From Bdellovibrionales bacterium (lineage in GTDB: Bacteria > Bdellovibrionota > Bdellovibrionia > Bdellovibrionales > JAGQZY01), in the NCBI GenBank assembly GCA_964230645.1, contig CAXRHT010000001.1, positions 192,001-256,000 of the forward strand: a stretch of DNA of 64,000 bases, in the 5' to 3' direction. The position numbers and the translations under genes were made by a program. Shown here one piece after another: positions 1 through 9,851 of this stretch. Numbering within the stretch: position 1 is the first letter of the stretch; every line of letters begins with the position of its first letter. The notes below the pieces were generated by a model. The model saw only the letters and a program-made list of their open reading frames with translations, was not told the origin of the DNA and searched no databases.

Positions 1-702
1 CGTCCACACAGGTCCTGGTGCCACCGCATTGACTCGGATTCTTCTTTTCGCCAGTTGCTTTGCTAATGACTTGGTAAAACTTCGAATAGCGCCCTTGGTG
101 GCCGAATAGTCTATTAGGGAATCATCTCCCACGTAGGCCAGAATGGAGGCTGTATTAATGATGTTTGAGCCTTCTTTAAGCAGAGGTAAGAGGGCTTTAG
201 TGACTTTGAACATGCCAATGATATTGGTGTTGAACGTCTTTTCAAACTGTTTGACCTGTAAGTCCTCAATGGAGTCCACATGATTTTGAAAGGCAGCGTT
301 GTTCACTAGGATATCAAACTCACAAAAATCTTTTTTTGCCTGGGAAACCAAATTCGCAATGGACTTTTCATCTTCAAGGTCCAAGGCTATGGAAAAAGCT
401 TTTTGACCCTCGTTTCGGATTTCTTTAAGAGTTTTTGTGGCATCCTCTTTTTCCTCAGGGAGATGAGTAATAAACACATCAGCCCCTTCTCTGGCGAACA
501 TCACTGCCACAGATCTTCCAATCCCTGAGTCTCCCCCCGTGATTAGCGCCTTTTTCCCAGCTAATTTTTTAGAACCAATATAATCGTCGGTCATATAAAC
601 TGGCTCGGGCGTGAGCTGGTTTTCCATCCCTGGGGGATGATCTTGAGTTTTTGTAAATGGGGGCTTGTATTTAGGCTTATGTGAAATTTCAGTTGTCTTC
701 AT
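1..702 (-). CDS. SDR family oxidoreductase (general-stress YhxC/YdaD-like), runs off the window edge
   Basis: Manual translation of the reverse strand: MKTTEISHKP...KKALITGGDSGIGRSVAVMFAREGADV...ILVNNAA...DYSATKGA...IRVNAVAPGPVWT, with TGxxxGxG, NNA and YxxxK motifs. GAGGAG lies upstream of the ATG. Not in the ORF track because it is truncated. Confidence 0.9.
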   Translation of the reverse strand, partial: MKTTEISHKPKYKPPFTKTQDHPPGMENQLTPEPVYMTDDYIGSKKLAGKKALITGGDSGIGRSVAVMFAREGADVFITHLPEEKEDATKTLKEIRNEGQKAFSIALDLEDEKSIANLVSQAKKDFCEFDILVNNAAFQNHVDSIEDLQVKQFEKTFNTNIIGMFKVTKALLPLLKEGSNIINTASILAYVGDDSLIDYSATKGAIRSFTKSLAKQLAKRRIRVNAVAPGPVWT

Positions 703-966
703 GATCATCTCCTCTGTCAAATCAGGATAGAAGTAAGATTAGCCCAAACCCTTTACGAAAACTTCGAGATGAGGTTCAGATAGGTTTTAAAATCCTACAA
801 ATTACTGCCCGTAGTTCGAGAGATTGAGATGAAAAACCCACTCGCTGCCTTCTATATTTCTTACAGAATTCTGATCCATAAGGGCCAGTAAACTTTATAA
901 AAGCCAGTGAAGTTCATGATTCTCAGTGAAGTCTTCGTTAAAGCTTTGGTTTCAGAGGAGAATTCC

Positions 967-3585
967 ATGAAATCTATACTTTTATTTATTGGCCTGATCG
1001 GCTTTTCCCCCTCACTTTTTGGGATGTGTTATGAGCGCTTTTACACTCAAGAACACCTTGCCAAACATCCCGATCAAGAAGTGCGGTCGGTGATCGTGCA
1101 AAATGAGGATTGGGCTAGTTTTATTAGCGACGAATTCCCCATCACAGTCCAAATTCATCTCGTTCAGAATGGAAAAGACAAGTTGGCTGAAGTCACAGGA
1201 CGTTGTCAGTACGACAATCCAGAGGACCCTTGGGCCGCTCAAAGGGAAGGTCGCCCCGCCACCGGAACCTGTAACTTCAATTCGCAAGGGCCTCGCTCAG
1301 CAACGTTTCGCGCGAAAATGGAGTCCTCTCTTTTTGGGTATGAACCTGGAGAAATCCTTTTCAAGGTCGCCAGCGACTTTGTCTACGACGATGTCACAGC
1401 TGGAAGTAGGCCGGGATCAAAAATCGAAATTACCGATTACGACAACACTTTTCTCGTTCACTTTAATGCCATGGAATCCAATTTGGGGCGAACCTGCGAA
1501 CAAACACTTTTAATGGCTCATAAGAAAAACCTTCCTCGCTATTGGAACGAAGCCATTCTGCACAGTATCCGCAATGACTTGGCCAGACCCACGGTTACCG
1601 CCAGAAACCTATTTCACCTCTCAGCCCTTCTCTGGGATATTTACGCTCTCTATAACTCGGAAAAGACTTACTACCTCAACCCAAACACCAATCTTCCAAC
1701 CTCTAATGATGAAACCGCCTCAATGAACAAAGTCATGAGCTTTGCCGCTCATAGACTCCTAAAAACACGCTATGAGTTGGCTCCTGGAAATGGCGATAAC
1801 TATCCCAATTGGGAACTGGGAACCGATGGAGAACCAGATAACCGTGTGAATCTCTTTTTAGACCGGGCCTTAAAACGTCTTGGCTATTTTCTAGAAGACC
1901 AGGGAGCGGAAGCTCTGCTTGGTCAGCAGTTGGCTGAGGAATTAATCCAGTCCCAACTAGATGATGGATCTCGTGAAGCGAATAACTACTCGGATCCCGA
2001 CTTTCAAAACATGGTGAATAACCAAATTGCAGACATCTCTCAATCAGGTTTAAAAAAGCCCCACGACTACGGTGAGGGAGGAGATATTTTCTCCTTCATG
2101 CCAGAGTATCTGTTTGATCACTTTGGCTTTAGTATCGAGGATCAAAGCCTTGTCGACAGTGATGTAAAGTCAGGCCCTTCTATTGCTGGGGAGGTCGATA
2201 TCGATCATTGGATCAGGCTTCATATCCCGGGCTCCATTGATCAAAGTGGAAATGCTCAAGCCAGTGAACAACAACCGCTCACTCTTTTCTGGGGTGAATT
2301 GCCTACCTTTGGGAATCTCAGTGAGTACCGCTCAAGTGACAAACCGGGAGTCTATTTTGACCCCTCCGAGCACTATCCTTCCTTTCGAGATAGTCCCGAG
2401 GAGGTGATCCTAGCCAATCTTCAGGTGGTGGGATTTAGTGCCCTTCTTAATCCTCAAGATATGTCGAACTTTGATTTCGATCGCGACGGGAAACCCGATC
2501 ACAATCAAGGCGCTGAGATGATCGACATTTCACCAGGTCACCTTGGAAACAATTCTCTTGGAGCCAATGATGGCGCTGGAAGATCGATTAACCCTATTAC
2601 TGGTCAAAGTTATGAGCCCTACAAGGTAAAGGCTGCCAATTATTATCGCTCCATTGCAGAGTTTTGGGCCGATGGCCCCTCTTCTGAAACGCCCCCAGGT
2701 CACTGGAACACCTTAGCGAATTACGTCATGGATCAATTACAGAAGAAACAAAAAGGTTTTTACTGGCTTGGAGACCAACAGAAAAAACTAACACGCAAAG
2801 AGTACGAATTAAGACTTTACCTCACCCTCAATGGTGCCCTTCACGATGCTGCTGTCGTGGCCTGGGGAATCAAGGGACATTTCCAAGGAAACCGTCCCAT
2901 TACAGTGATCAGAAAGCTCGCCACCATGGCGGAAAAAGATCCTCAATTTGGAGCCTACCTTGAAAGCCTCGCCCCAGACCTTGTGAAAATGGTGACCTAT
3001 AAAAAAGAAGTTTTAAACTCTAAGGGTCAAATGGAAACCAAAGAAGTCACACGTCTTGCTATCAAAGCCTGGCGTGGTCCTCGAGAGCACGGTTTTTATT
3101 TGGGCGACTTTGATGGTGGCGGATATGTGGAGATGCGTGATTTCAGTTTTAAAAAACGCGATTCCCTCGCTTTAGAGGAAAATGATTTTTTCAGTCGGAT
3201 GAATCACGCCGGTGTGGGTTGGATTCTCGCAGAAAACTGGCTCCCCTACCAAAGACAAACCTTTGTTACTCCACCTTTTCCTGGTTTCGTTTCAGGACAT
3301 AGTACTTTTAGCCGAGCGGCTGCTGAAATATTAACGGGTGTGACTGGGAGTGAGTACTTTCCTGGAGGATTGGGGACCTACCCCGCCCCTCCACTTCATT
3401 TTGAATACGATGAAACCAAAGATTTTGAATTTCAGTGGGCCACTTATTTTGATGCTTCAGACACCAGCGGAATCTCAAGACTTTACGGCGGTATTCACGC
3501 TTCTTATGACGATCTTCCCGCTAGAAAGATTGGCTCGAAAGTGGGTAAGAAAGCCTTGGAAAAAGCGAAAGCATTTTTCCAATAG
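967..3585 (+). CDS. Secreted vanadium-dependent haloperoxidase / PAP2 superfamily protein with an extra N-terminal domain
   Basis: Motifs KGHFQGNRP (K-x6-RP), TPPFPGFVSGHSTF, SRLYGGIH and FWADGP..TPPGHW. Signal peptide begins at ATG 967 after GAGGAG; the ORF track start at 907 is probably too long. Confidence 0.85.
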   Translation: MKSILLFIGLIGFSPSLFGMCYERFYTQEHLAKHPDQEVRSVIVQNEDWASFISDEFPITVQIHLVQNGKDKLAEVTGRCQYDNPEDPWAAQREGRPATGTCNFNSQGPRSATFRAKMESSLFGYEPGEILFKVASDFVYDDVTAGSRPGSKIEITDYDNTFLVHFNAMESNLGRTCEQTLLMAHKKNLPRYWNEAILHSIRNDLARPTVTARNLFHLSALLWDIYALYNSEKTYYLNPNTNLPTSNDETASMNKVMSFAAHRLLKTRYELAPGNGDNYPNWELGTDGEPDNRVNLFLDRALKRLGYFLEDQGAEALLGQQLAEELIQSQLDDGSREANNYSDPDFQNMVNNQIADISQSGLKKPHDYGEGGDIFSFMPEYLFDHFGFSIEDQSLVDSDVKSGPSIAGEVDIDHWIRLHIPGSIDQSGNAQASEQQPLTLFWGELPTFGNLSEYRSSDKPGVYFDPSEHYPSFRDSPEEVILANLQVVGFSALLNPQDMSNFDFDRDGKPDHNQGAEMIDISPGHLGNNSLGANDGAGRSINPITGQSYEPYKVKAANYYRSIAEFWADGPSSETPPGHWNTLANYVMDQLQKKQKGFYWLGDQQKKLTRKEYELRLYLTLNGALHDAAVVAWGIKGHFQGNRPITVIRKLATMAEKDPQFGAYLESLAPDLVKMVTYKKEVLNSKGQMETKEVTRLAIKAWRGPREHGFYLGDFDGGGYVEMRDFSFKKRDSLALEENDFFSRMNHAGVGWILAENWLPYQRQTFVTPPFPGFVSGHSTFSRAAAEILTGVTGSEYFPGGLGTYPAPPLHFEYDETKDFEFQWATYFDASDTSGISRLYGGIHASYDDLPARKIGSKVGKKALEKAKAFFQ

Positions 3586-3756
3586 TCACTTCTACGTCTC
3601 TTCCCTACGCCCCTCTCAACTACTATGGGGGGGGGGCATGGAAGAGAGTTTTGAAATTTTTTATTCCATTTATAAAATCTTTTATTTCTAAGTTATTTTT
3701 ACACACTTACTTAGGGAGCCCTCCCCAACCAAGCCCCCTTATGCTACTCCCAGGGC

Positions 3757-4338
3757 ATGAAACGAATCATTCTTTGCGTGGCATTTGTCCTGTCTCCTCT
3801 ATTTTCGCAAGCCCTTCAATGTGCTGAGGCTCTCGGTGTTCCACAAAAATCAATAGGACTTTATTGGGACCTAACGGACACTAGGATTGCACTAGAAAAC
3901 TTTAATTCCCGCGACAACAATAATTTTCGCACCATGGAGCTTGAATGGATGCCCCTTGGAGAGTTACTACAAAAAGCTCGTATGACTGAAAAGAGGGTAA
4001 ACATTCACTATGTCCAAGAGGATATGAACGCTCTTTACTTAGGAGAGTCCTATTTGGACTTAATCGACACCCCCGCTTTAACAGCCCTGCTCTGGGCTGA
4101 TCAAGACCATCTAGCAATAACCAGTAATGCCCAGGCCAAAGCTTTGTACGAGCTTTATCGCCAAGGCCTTATTTCAAAAGAGGAAAATATTCCGGTGGTG
4201 ATTCAGTCCCTACCCACAAGTGGAAAAGACGAACTGACACAGCCTCGGTGGTCATTTGAGGAAGCGGCCTACTTTCAAGAAGGTTCAACGGGTGAACGAC
4301 TCGTGCCTACTGAGCCTATTCCCCATCTAGCATTTTAA
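3757..4338 (+). CDS. Hypothetical secreted protein
   Basis: 193-aa ORF with a signal-peptide-like N-terminus (MKRIILCVAFVLSPLFSQA). Confidence 0.7.
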   Translation: MKRIILCVAFVLSPLFSQALQCAEALGVPQKSIGLYWDLTDTRIALENFNSRDNNNFRTMELEWMPLGELLQKARMTEKRVNIHYVQEDMNALYLGESYLDLIDTPALTALLWADQDHLAITSNAQAKALYELYRQGLISKEENIPVVIQSLPTSGKDELTQPRWSFEEAAYFQEGSTGERLVPTEPIPHLAF

Positions 4339-4430
4339 AAAGTCCCATATCGAGACAGTCTTTTGATTTTTTGTGGATCGTAAACATTGTTTGATTCTCC
4401 TATTCTGTAAACATCAAAGGGAGAGATAAA

Positions 4431-4826
4431 ATGAAAAAAGGACTTCTACTCATTCTCGGTTTAGGCTCATTTATCCTTGGCTTTTTAAGTGTGGAATTTC
4501 TTCCGCTGGATTCCAAACAGAAGAACACTGTCAAACAAGCTCAAGTCGAAGAGCCCGTCACACTCTCTATTCCAAAAGCTCAAGTCATTGAACCAAAAGT
4601 TGAAGCCAGGAAGGTCAAAACAAAAAATCCCATGAAGCAACAGGGAATCACCTTAGATATTCAAATCGAAGATCGCAGCCAAAGAGTTCAAGCTTATGAT
4701 GACAGCCTAGACAACGCCCTTATCGACATGATGGAGGAAGGGCGAAAACTAAGTTCCGCCGAGAAACACAGAAACGATCTCCAAAAAGAAATTTATCAGG
4801 AATCCACCCACTTAAAAATTCAATAA
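4431..4826 (+). CDS. Hypothetical membrane-anchored protein
   Basis: 131-aa ORF with GGGAGAG RBS and an N-terminal hydrophobic helix. Confidence 0.7.
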   Translation: MKKGLLLILGLGSFILGFLSVEFLPLDSKQKNTVKQAQVEEPVTLSIPKAQVIEPKVEARKVKTKNPMKQQGITLDIQIEDRSQRVQAYDDSLDNALIDMMEEGRKLSSAEKHRNDLQKEIYQESTHLKIQ

Positions 4827-4855
4827 GAATCACCTTTGAAGAGGGCCAAAGCCAC

Positions 4856-4916
4856 AAGGTCGACCACTCAAAAAAGCCACAGAGGGCTCTTTTTTGGGAC
4901 GTCGGCCTTTTTTTTG
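4856..4916 (+). terminator. Probable intrinsic terminator
   Basis: Imperfect hairpin AAGGTCGAC...CAAAAAAG/CTTTTTTG...GTCGGCCTT followed by a T-run, downstream of the ORF. Confidence 0.5.
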
Positions 4917-5005
4917 GGCAAAATAACCTCCTATGTCATGAACTTTATAGACAGTGACTTGCCACAGCCTCAAATTAAGTTTAGAAACACAGTTCTTTCC
5001 GCGAC

Positions 5006-5082
5006 GCGGGTGTAGCTCAGTTGGCTAGAGCGCAACCTTGCCAAGGTTGAGGTCGTGGGTTCGAGCCCCATCACCCGCTCCA
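5006..5082 (+). tRNA. tRNA-Gly (GCC)
   Basis: Acceptor stem GCGGGTG/CACCCGC, D-arm TAGCTCAGTTGGCTAGAGC, anticodon arm CAACC-TTGCCAA-GGTTG, T-loop GGTTCGAG and encoded CCA end. Confidence 0.98.
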
Positions 5083-5258
5083 ATTAATTCCTAAAATCTT
5101 GCTTGCCTAGATTACCATGCCTTTTCTGCGTGGAATTTTTTGATGGGGCACGGGGCCTTCCGACATGCACGGCCTACGCCGCGCGAGCCTTCAGGTTGCT
5201 CTGCACCAAAATGTACCGCTGGCACATTTTAGCGCAGGCATAACCATCACCCGCTCCA
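5068..5258 (+). repeat. 15-bp direct repeat of the tRNA-Gly 3' end (CCATCACCCGCTCCA) flanking a 161-bp structured insert
   Basis: Identical copies at 5068-5082 and 5244-5258. Confidence 0.9.
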
Positions 5259-5392
5259 TTTTCCTGTCATAGTGAGCGCAACTTTTCTGTCACCTCATTC
5301 TCAAATTGAGCCAGTTCTATAAAAAGCTATTTAATATATCTTATTTATTTCTTAGTCTAAAGTTGAGGGCATCCTCTGCCGATTGAGAGGTC

Positions 5393-8035
5393 ATGGAACG
5401 TCTTCTCGGGTTAATTTTAATGTCCAGCCTTTTTGTTGGCTGCGGACTCGATCTTAAAGTGAATAGTGACTTGACCACTCCGTTAAATAAGGAAGTCACG
5501 ATCGCCTCTCCCACACCTGGCCAAGTTTTTAATGATAACAAGGCTTCCTCTTTGAAAGTTTCAGGACTTTGCTCGTCTTTGCAATCTGAAGACTTCATCA
5601 TTGTAAACTTGCGTGAAAATATTAAAGTGGACTGCTCCTCTCAAAACGAGTGGAGCTTGGATATACCGTGGCAAAGAATTCCGGAAGGCCAAAACACTAT
5701 CACTATCCATAACTCCTCTGGCCAACTTATCAAATCATTAAATTTTGAAAAGTCATTTATGCCTGATCATGTGATTTTTAATAAAAGAGTTAAAAAGATA
5801 TCAAGTTACAATCAAATTGATAGTTCTCCCTATCACAATAAATCTGAAGCCATAGCCTACGTTTCCGATGAGTACTGTATCGTACTTGGGTGCTCGGCTA
5901 AAAATATCGTCCTTAGAATCAAACAGGACAACTACGAAACCGCCCATTTTGTGACTAGCAGTCTCACTAAATCTTTCTCCTGGCCAAGGGTCGTTCAGGT
6001 CTCTGAAAACCAGTTAAGAGTTTTCTACATTGCAGACAGGAGCAACAATGATAGCCGTAACGTTGTTTATAAGGACTTCAATCTTGCAAACAAGACCTTC
6101 ACATCAGAAAAAAGCCTAACCAATTTTGGACCAAACGAAATGCTCAACAGTTTGCAATTGGAACAAAGCAAAGAGGGAGAAATATTCCTTAGTTACGCGT
6201 CAAAAGAGTACTGCGCCCAAAATGCCTGTGATCTTTTTCGAGCCGTCGTTAGATCATCCAAAGACAACTACCAATCGAGAAAATATTTTGGCCAAGAATC
6301 CACTTGTGACGTTAATATGGTGCGCACTGGTTTACGTGATAACACGCAGGACTTTTATCTTTTTTACAACTTTGAGCGAAACACAGGCAACTGCACCAGT
6401 TGGCAGAACTATTTTAACTATAGCGTTCACGACGGCGACCAATGGTCTGCACCCACAAGTTTTACCAATGGCCGCAACCCTGGAAGCGCTCACTTTGCCA
6501 TTGATAATTTCGGAGAAATCTTTGTTTTCCACCATTCGACATGGCATGCCGGTTGTTCGAATTGGGCTCTTTACTATGGATCCAGCCAAGATAATTTTGC
6601 ATCGGTCAATATGGTGCCAGGCTCCTGTGCCTATTCTCATTCCTACCCCAATGAACATCATCGTCCCAGCAGCCAGGTGAAAAACGATGGACATATTTAC
6701 TTGTTATCGGCAAGAAGAGGGGCGCCGACTCCTGCGGACTTTTCTCACCACTTTTTTATATCAGACTCAAGCAACGATTATGCCACTCCTTATATTTTTT
6801 ATGAGAACGACTTTTCAAACTGGACACCATCCCTTTCCCTCTCACAAGATGCAAACTCCTTAGTTGCAAATGTGATGATTGGATCAGGCTCCAAAAGTGG
6901 TCTCAATCAATTCAGAATAAACAAAGATTTTTCCGCTACAACCAGTCACTTGATCGAAGGACCTGCCAACAATTTTATAAAAACAGTGGCCCTTGATGAT
7001 GGAGAAATTGGCTTTGTCGGACAATCCTCTGAATACTGTGAGACTCTTGGTAGTTGTGAAAATTCTAATTTTTATCTGCAAAATATTTTTGGGACAGAAA
7101 AGACCTGGTTGACTAAAAAGACTGACAACACAATTGAAATCAGTTCTCCACACTACCTCTCTCGCCCCGGTGACACGGATGTATTCATTTATGCCTCAAA
7201 CGAAAAAAACTCTAAATTTATGGGAAGTCGATTTAGCACGTCTTCTGATAATTTTACTGTGAGTACGGATTTCGCCAGCATTGATGCCAATACGTTACCC
7301 GTTATTTCTACCATTGGATTGGATGACTCTGGAACCGTCTATACCGCTGGAAGTATGGGAGATGCCTATCTTTTTGATAGTACTGATAACTTTTCTAGTT
7401 ACACGCTTATCAACGATGGAAACTTGGGAAGCTCTCCCGGACCGGGAGCCGTACGCCATGATGGAGAATATGTACTGGCCTACGGCTCTAATGGAGGCGG
7501 TTGGCGCGGGCGGTTTCGTTGGTCTCTGGACTCATATACAAGCGATCAATATGTTTCAAGCGATGGTAGAATTAAATACGGTGGATGGACCCCTCTGTGG
7601 CGACCTGATGATGGTTTAGATGTCTTCTTATTGACTGACTCTAATTCTGACGGACGCGTTGATATATCAGTGTTGGACTCAGCCGATGGTTTTAGCAGCC
7701 TAAGCCCACTTATTGCATTTACCGATCAATCAATTTGTAGATCCTTCACCCCCGGTTCGAGTGCAGGAACCCCCTTTCTACAGGCAAAATATGATGACCT
7801 AGGACGATTGAATATTTTGTATTCAGCAAGAACAGACAGTGATCCTGCATGCTATCTTTATCTAAAACGATCTGATGACTGGAATAAAAGCTGGAAAATT
7901 CCCACCACTCAAGGGGTTAGCCTCGAGCCCGATGGTCTTTTCTTAAGACCGGATGATGCACCTATCGTTTGCGCCAAATCTTTGAGTGACTACTACTGTA
8001 TGGATCTAAGTTTGATTGAGCCAATATCTGATTAA
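5393..8035 (+). CDS. Large lipoprotein with an N-terminal Ig-like region and Asp-box/BNR-like beta-propeller repeats
   Basis: Lipobox FVGC; recurrent S-x-D-[NG]-[FY] motifs; GAGAGG RBS. Confidence 0.75.
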   Translation: MERLLGLILMSSLFVGCGLDLKVNSDLTTPLNKEVTIASPTPGQVFNDNKASSLKVSGLCSSLQSEDFIIVNLRENIKVDCSSQNEWSLDIPWQRIPEGQNTITIHNSSGQLIKSLNFEKSFMPDHVIFNKRVKKISSYNQIDSSPYHNKSEAIAYVSDEYCIVLGCSAKNIVLRIKQDNYETAHFVTSSLTKSFSWPRVVQVSENQLRVFYIADRSNNDSRNVVYKDFNLANKTFTSEKSLTNFGPNEMLNSLQLEQSKEGEIFLSYASKEYCAQNACDLFRAVVRSSKDNYQSRKYFGQESTCDVNMVRTGLRDNTQDFYLFYNFERNTGNCTSWQNYFNYSVHDGDQWSAPTSFTNGRNPGSAHFAIDNFGEIFVFHHSTWHAGCSNWALYYGSSQDNFASVNMVPGSCAYSHSYPNEHHRPSSQVKNDGHIYLLSARRGAPTPADFSHHFFISDSSNDYATPYIFYENDFSNWTPSLSLSQDANSLVANVMIGSGSKSGLNQFRINKDFSATTSHLIEGPANNFIKTVALDDGEIGFVGQSSEYCETLGSCENSNFYLQNIFGTEKTWLTKKTDNTIEISSPHYLSRPGDTDVFIYASNEKNSKFMGSRFSTSSDNFTVSTDFASIDANTLPVISTIGLDDSGTVYTAGSMGDAYLFDSTDNFSSYTLINDGNLGSSPGPGAVRHDGEYVLAYGSNGGGWRGRFRWSLDSYTSDQYVSSDGRIKYGGWTPLWRPDDGLDVFLLTDSNSDGRVDISVLDSADGFSSLSPLIAFTDQSICRSFTPGSSAGTPFLQAKYDDLGRLNILYSARTDSDPACYLYLKRSDDWNKSWKIPTTQGVSLEPDGLFLRPDDAPIVCAKSLSDYYCMDLSLIEPISD

Positions 8036-8177
8036 GGTATTGATAGTGAATTTTAATTCTCTCCTGCGAAATTAATTGAGTGATCATTCCATCGTCTAAA
8101 TATTTGACAGTCTTTGTAATGGCTTCAGACCACCGGTTAAAAGTGGATTCTTTTAGAGGAGAAGGTAAAATGTTTAC

Positions 8178-9851
8178 ATGCTTAGTTTGCAGAAAAGATA
8201 TTCATTTACCCTCTTTAGCTTTTGTTTTCTGCTCTTAGTTTTCCCTAAAACCTCTTTGGCTCTGAGTTGCCCGGAAAACCTTCCTAGTCTTAGTGAAAAG
8301 AGTTTCTATACACCGGGAGAGCAAAGATCCCTTCTTTGCTATCTGAAGGACGTTCTTGAAAATCGTCATTCAGGAAAAGTGTTTAATAATTTTCAAAGCC
8401 ATGTCGACTCTATATTCAACACTTGTGGAGAGACAATTGGCTCAAGTAACCTTGATCGAGTCCAAACCAATGGCCTCCTAAAGAAATGTCTTTCACATTT
8501 CCGGAACGGACATATCTCTGTCAACCTTAGAAACACTGTTAAGGTAAGACTCCCCTTTCAAGTTCTTTACACACAAGGAAAGTATCTCGTTAAGAGTGTG
8601 TTCCCCAGAGAAAGTTGCGTTTCGATGAACAGTTTGCAGCGAGGCGATGAAATCTTGATGATTGACGGCAAGCCCATTGAAGAATTCGTTACTGATCTCA
8701 AAACCTATCAGATCAATAGCTCCTCTCACGCTCAGGTGCAAAAAGCCGTCAGTGCTTTAACAACAAGAAACTATGCCTATCCAGAAACCTCTGTGGCTCA
8801 AATTCAGGTTAAAAGAGAGAGAGAGGTTATTGACCTTAGAGAAAATTACTACTTCTTTCGAGACGATTTTAGCGACGACCAATTGCAACCACTTGTCGAA
8901 AGATCCATAACCCAGTGTTACAGAGAACAGGATCAACCTCATCAGGGAAGAGGTTATTATTTTTCTCGCTCCCTTTACTCAACCTCATGGACAGCCTTTT
9001 CTGACTCTTCACGCGTAAAAGAGATCGCTTCATTTTCTAAAGGAGTGGAGGGACTCCCCATTAACTCCTGCTATTTAAAAATTAAAGATTTCAACCATAA
9101 TCAGGTTTTCTTGAACTCCTCAGGTGAAGAGACAGACTTATGGGATCAAATCGAAGTTGATATTGATCAGTGCAAATACGAGCAAAAAAAATTGATCTTG
9201 GATATTCGCTCAAATGTCGGAGGTGCTTATCAGCGCTTATCAAGGCTTCTCAATGTTCTTGTACCGGCTCATCTCAATAATGGTTCAGAGTATCGTTCCT
9301 TAAGAGTGCAGCACAGTTTTGCCGGCGAATTTAGCTGTGAGCTAGAATCCATCACAGAAAATTTTGAGGGACTAAACCTTGAGACTTTTTCCTCCTCCCT
9401 CTGTCGGACGCTTGATATTGAGCCCATGTGGCTTGAAGGCTATGCTCAAGAAATTCTAGTTCTAACCTCGCCTTTTTGCAAAAGCTCCTGCGATCTACTC
9501 ACTCGGACTTTAAAGAATCTTCCCAACACCACACTTTTAGGAACTCCTACAGAGGGTGCCTTTAACGGGGTGTCTTTTTATCAAAGGCAAGGCCTCGACA
9601 CACTCCCCTATTCCTCTTTTGTCTCACTCTATTTTGATGATGTGACCACCATGGTTCATGAGGATTTCAATCCCATTGATTCAAGTCTTTACTGCAACTC
9701 TGAAAATCGTCAATGCTTCCGCCCGCTGGAAGGAGAGGCCGTAACCCCTCATATAATTTATGAACCAAGCCTTGAAGACTTAACCCTTCGTCCTTTTGGA
9801 TCAGGACTAAGACAAAGAATCGAGGACATTATCTCGCCACTTCATCAATAG
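8178..9851 (+). CDS. S41 family peptidase with PDZ domain, secreted
   Basis: PDZ-like LQRGDEILMIDGKPI; S41 motifs LILDIRSNVGG, CKSSCD and LLGTPTEGA; signal peptide. Confidence 0.8.
   Translation: MLSLQKRYSFTLFSFCFLLLVFPKTSLALSCPENLPSLSEKSFYTPGEQRSLLCYLKDVLENRHSGKVFNNFQSHVDSIFNTCGETIGSSNLDRVQTNGLLKKCLSHFRNGHISVNLRNTVKVRLPFQVLYTQGKYLVKSVFPRESCVSMNSLQRGDEILMIDGKPIEEFVTDLKTYQINSSSHAQVQKAVSALTTRNYAYPETSVAQIQVKREREVIDLRENYYFFRDDFSDDQLQPLVERSITQCYREQDQPHQGRGYYFSRSLYSTSWTAFSDSSRVKEIASFSKGVEGLPINSCYLKIKDFNHNQVFLNSSGEETDLWDQIEVDIDQCKYEQKKLILDIRSNVGGAYQRLSRLLNVLVPAHLNNGSEYRSLRVQHSFAGEFSCELESITENFEGLNLETFSSSLCRTLDIEPMWLEGYAQEILVLTSPFCKSSCDLLTRTLKNLPNTTLLGTPTEGAFNGVSFYQRQGLDTLPYSSFVSLYFDDVTTMVHEDFNPIDSSLYCNSENRQCFRPLEGEAVTPHIIYEPSLEDLTLRPFGSGLRQRIEDIISPLHQ

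Noticed and set aside
3627..3636. G10 tract as a phase-variation switch
   Set aside because: It is intergenic just after a stop codon and pairs with the upstream C/T-rich arm, so it is more simply part of a terminator-like hairpin.
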